From contig OZ237737.1 in assembly GCA_965178125.1 (NCBI GenBank), forward strand, positions 1,178,001 through 1,242,000: a stretch of 64,000 nucleotides of DNA, written 5' to 3'. Below the pieces are notes generated by a model. That model ran no database searches, was not told where the DNA came from, and saw only the letters and a program-made list of their open reading frames with translations. This document shows positions 60,601 to 64,000 of the stretch, piece by piece. Source of the stretch: Bilabrum cf. latius (lineage: Eukaryota). The stretch's first letter is position 1. Each line of letters starts with the position of its first letter. The translations under genes were made by a program, and so were the position numbers.

Positions 60601-63600
60601 CACGGGCAGCTCTGGAATAAGGCAAGACACAGTGGGACGGAAGCCGACCGCCCCGTCTCCCCTCCGGATGGTTTCACGGGCGCGAATCGTGGTGTTGGGC
60701 AGGCACGACTGCCCGTCGATGCGGAGCTCCAGCCGCCTCTCCTCTGGGGTCCAACCCTGTCGGTCCGCATCTTCATCGGAACCGAAATTGCGGCCCAGGA
60801 AACGAGCCGAGTACTGGTCCTCCATGCGCGCTAGCAGGCCGTCCTCGTCCACCAGCTCGCCCGTGACCTCGAGACCAGACGGATCCGCACCGTCGATCTG
60901 GGGCGGGTTGTAGTCCCACTGAGCGTAATTGGGGCTGGTGCGGTTGGCACCGTTCACCTCCACGACTGTAAGCCGCACAGCACGCTCTCTTCCAATACCA
61001 GGTGCCGAGTCAAACACGATCGACTCCATGTCCTGCTGCCGGATGTCGATGCGGGGGTCTCGTCGGGGATAGCACCCGGACACGCGCGGATCGTTCGGGA
61101 ACAGCCCATCCACTGTGCTTGCGCTTGTGATGCAGTCTTTCCAGAAATCCACACGGAGCCACACGATGGGCAGGAAAGGAGCCACGGCCAGCGGGACGCC
61201 CTGCCCCGTCGAGAGCTGCTCGGCTGCAGCCTCGGCCTCGGCGCCCTGCAGTGGTGGAGGCGGAAGGTTATCGGCGAAGATCGTCACCACATCACCACCG
61301 TCAGTCGACCCTCGGTTGGGCCGCATCCCGCCGTCTTGGATCCAGGGCGAGTTGTACACGAAGGAGGGCAGCAGGTCCACGCCAGGGGGCAGCGTCGTGC
61401 GGTTTCCCAGCGATGCCTGGTCGCCTTGCTGCAGGTTACCTGCCACGAAGAGCCGGATGTCGCGGGTACCCGCCCCGATGGGCACGGTGAACATGACTTC
61501 GTCGTGCCACCAGTGCAGGATGGATGAAGCGGCGATCTCTCCCTCGCCCAGGAAAGACTCCCTGTTGTCGCAGATGGGCACTCGCGACGGGCGCAAGCGG
61601 TAGGTGTGGGACAGGAACACGCACAGAGCGCTGGGTCCGGCCGCAGAGCCAAAGGGCCTGCCAAAGTTCCTCCCAAGAATCCGTACGGCGAATCCACCCG
61701 TTGTGTTGCCATGCAGAGGCACTCGGCTGGCAGGCGTAGTGGCAGACTCCCACCCAGACAGCAGCAGCCCCTCCCGGCCCATGATGGCAGTGGACAGCCC
61801 GGGGATCGGCTGGTAAAGCTCTAGACCCGAGACGACGGGAGGATCATAGGAAGCGGCGCCAGCCGATATCACGTAAGGGGCATTGCCTATCTTGATGCGA
61901 ACGTCAATGACCTTGCCCATACCCTCCGGTAGGACGCACTCGAGCTCCTCGTGGGAGACCCAGAGCACGGCCCCGCAGCTAACCCAGGCAGACCCAGCCC
62001 CCGTGAACGAGCGCATCTCGATGATCCGATCCCTGAACATGGGGCCCCCGTCGGGAGCCCGCAGCGAGGCCGAGCCACCTCCCGAGCCGCCGCCGGTGCC
62101 TGTTCCGCTACCGGTCCCGTTCACAACAGTCACGTTGCCGTCTCCTCCGGAGCCGCCATCGCCGCTCTCTTGAAGCACCACGAGCGGTCCTCCAGGAAAC
62201 CCGCCGGATCCGTCTGCGGCGCCAAGGTTGGAGCCGAAGATCTTGATCCTTGCGTTTCCTTCGGTTGGTAGACCCGTGGCAGCGACCTTCGGGGCCACGT
62301 CAGTGATGCTAGCGGAATCGTACGATGCCCGGAGGAACCGCGCACCCGGTCCGGATAAGCTCGGCAGCTGCCCGGCAACGTCCACGTCCACTCGAAGCAT
62401 GGCCCCGTGCCCTGCCGGCAGCCTCACCTCGATAAACTGATGGCTGCGAGCCAGCACTCCGGGCTGCGTGACCAGAGAAGGCGGCGCAAGCGGAGCACCG
62501 TTGCCATCGCAGCTTCGGATCTGGTCGTGGGCCCCAAACAGGATCACAGGGCAAAGGCCCAGGTTGTTTCCCACGATTCGCAGAACACCACCTATGGTGG
62601 GCAAACCAGCGCCCTCCACAGAGGCAACCTCGGTGGCGACCGGCCGCCCCGCGTCTTGGGCAATGCCGCCGGTGCCCTAACCGGAGGACGGGCCGCCCAG
62701 CAATTCTGCTCGGAGGATCGAGGGCGGGCTGTACTGGATCGAGCCGCCCACTCTAGATCGCTTCCAGTCAGTTCCAGTCCACGTCTGCACGGTCACAGGC
62801 ACCGCAGAGCCCTCCCCCTCTGGCAGACGGCACCGCAGGGATACGGTGCCGGTGGTGGTGGCAAGAGCCGCGGTGGCAGGGTCATCCACGCCGCCGTCCG
62901 ACTCTCCGTTGAACAAGGATGCCCCGTTGGCGCTGTACAGGCGGCAGACCCTCTCACGACCGGCCCTCCCCACCAGCACCGCCACTCGCTCGCCCACGTT
63001 AAGGTTCTCCACCTCCATGGTGATGTCCTCGCCGCCAATGGTGGGGACTTCAGCCGGAGCGTTCAGCTCGGAAATGTCCGGAGCCACGGACTGGAAGATG
63101 AGTCGCTCGCTAAGCTGCACCAGGGCCGCTGGGTTTGGGCCTCCCGTAGCTCCGGGATCGACGTACTGAAGAGAGTTGATCTGCACCTACACCCCGCCCT
63201 CTGGTGCAGTGGTCAGCAGCACGATTTCGTCGTCCGTCCACGAAATCACCTGCAGGGTGGCCTGCTCCGGAAGAGAGATCGACTCGAACTGGCGGAAAGT
63301 GAGGAAGATGCTCGGAGCAATCGGTGGTTCGAACGTCCCGAAATTTTGCCCATAGAGGGTCAACACACGAAGCCCGCAGTAATTGTTCGCTCCAGAAGGC
63401 TCTGGGCAGCCGAGGGAGGATGTGTTCGCGATGAAGCTTAGCTCCCCAGGGCGCGAGGGCGAGTTTAGTGCCAGGTAGTCCAGCCTCGGGTCGTGGTAGT
63501 CGAACAAGGACCCCGCACCATCCGTGATGGGGTCGCTGAACACAGCCACGTCAGCTGCTCGGTCCAGGGCCACGCCTCGGGGGTAGGCTGCGATCCTCAC

Positions 63601-64000
63601 CGCGCGGTCCAGACCATGACTCGCCGGGAGATCAAACACGACCTGGTGCCTGCCATCCTCTAGGATCCGCGTGGATCGTGGCTGGATGAGGGCACCCTGG
63701 GACGAGTAGTCGGCCGGGTTGCCGAAGGCCACAGCCACATCGGAGGCCGCATGGAGCAGGCCGAAATCTCGTCCCACTACCGTGACTGTGGATGGGTCCG
63801 TCACAGTGTCTGGGAACCAAGACGCGGGCGAGAGGGACTCCACGCTGGGCCGCGCGTACGACACGGACCCAACGCCTACATCCGAGGGGAGACTGCTCTG
63901 CTCTGCCACCGTCACAACAAACACGAGGTCCCTGCCGACTCCAGGCACCATAGTCGCTCGGATTTCCGTGTGGGAGACTAGCTCAATGTCAGTGGCCTCG
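57667..64000 (-). CDS. Giant IPT/TIG-repeat multipass membrane protein, paralog of the 1-14871 gene (5' part outside window)
   Basis: One frame from 64000 through TAGs at 63187, 62677 and 58141 to TGA 57667-57669. Introns 59264-59442 and 59148-59247 flank a 16-nt exon at 59248-59263. Shares ILSAFNLN.EITAPEC.VP.LS, EDQLLRA and (Q)TNP.F with the 1-14871 gene. Confidence 0.9.

Noticed and set aside
1-64000. Pseudogenes or sequencing errors as the cause of the interrupted ORFs
   Set aside because: All interruptions are TAG, with no frameshifts and no internal TAA or TGA, and catalytic motifs are intact. Random decay or error would not be codon-specific.
1-64000. Ciliate-type code (TAA and TAG both Gln)
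   Set aside because: No internal TAA was found, and TAA ends the GPx and TELO2 frames at sensible positions. Caveat: only two TAA termini, and TAA would be rare at this GC content.
1-64000. Pyrrolysine or a TAG-recoded bacteriophage
   Set aside because: Spliceosomal introns and eukaryotic genes (SMC6, TELO2) are present, with no pyl or phage genes. TAGs occupy ordinary polar positions in every gene.
1-64000. TAGs as 3' splice sites of tiny introns
   Set aside because: No consistent upstream GT donors, and repeat alignments are colinear across the TAGs. The predicted introns here are 92-185 nt.
1-64000. Suppressor tRNA (CUA), rRNA, transposon or CRISPR array
   Set aside because: None recognised by eye in the short intergenic regions. 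tRNAscan-SE or Infernal would be needed to exclude them.

Overview
GC-rich, gene-dense eukaryotic nuclear DNA with short GT-AG spliceosomal introns. The gene style suggests a heterotrophic protist, possibly a stramenopile or bicosoecid, but that is inference only. The main signal is a non-standard genetic code. Each of the nine genes I could reconstruct has in-frame TAG codons (76 by my manual count) that are read through in the same frame. The eight visible gene ends are all TAA or TGA, and I found no internal TAA or TGA. Internal-repeat contexts point to TAG = Gln, uncoupled from TAA (translation-table-15-like). Read this way, the fragmented ORF track resolves into nine genes: (1) a >4,500-aa C-type-lectin/Cys-rich/cadherin/IPT multipass membrane protein whose lectin domain sits in nine small exons; (2) TELO2/Tel2-like; (3) Cys-type glutathione peroxidase; (4) a ~3,900-aa RCC1-like/cadherin/TNFR-like single-pass protein with an unrecognised six-copy repeat; (5) SMC6-like; (6) a small BLOC1S5/Muted-like coiled-coil protein; (7) a secreted GH31 glycosidase; (8, 9) two more giant IPT-repeat multipass proteins arranged tail-to-tail. 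I recognised no RNA genes, transposons or CRISPR arrays. All models were built by hand and domain calls were made by eye, without database searches.
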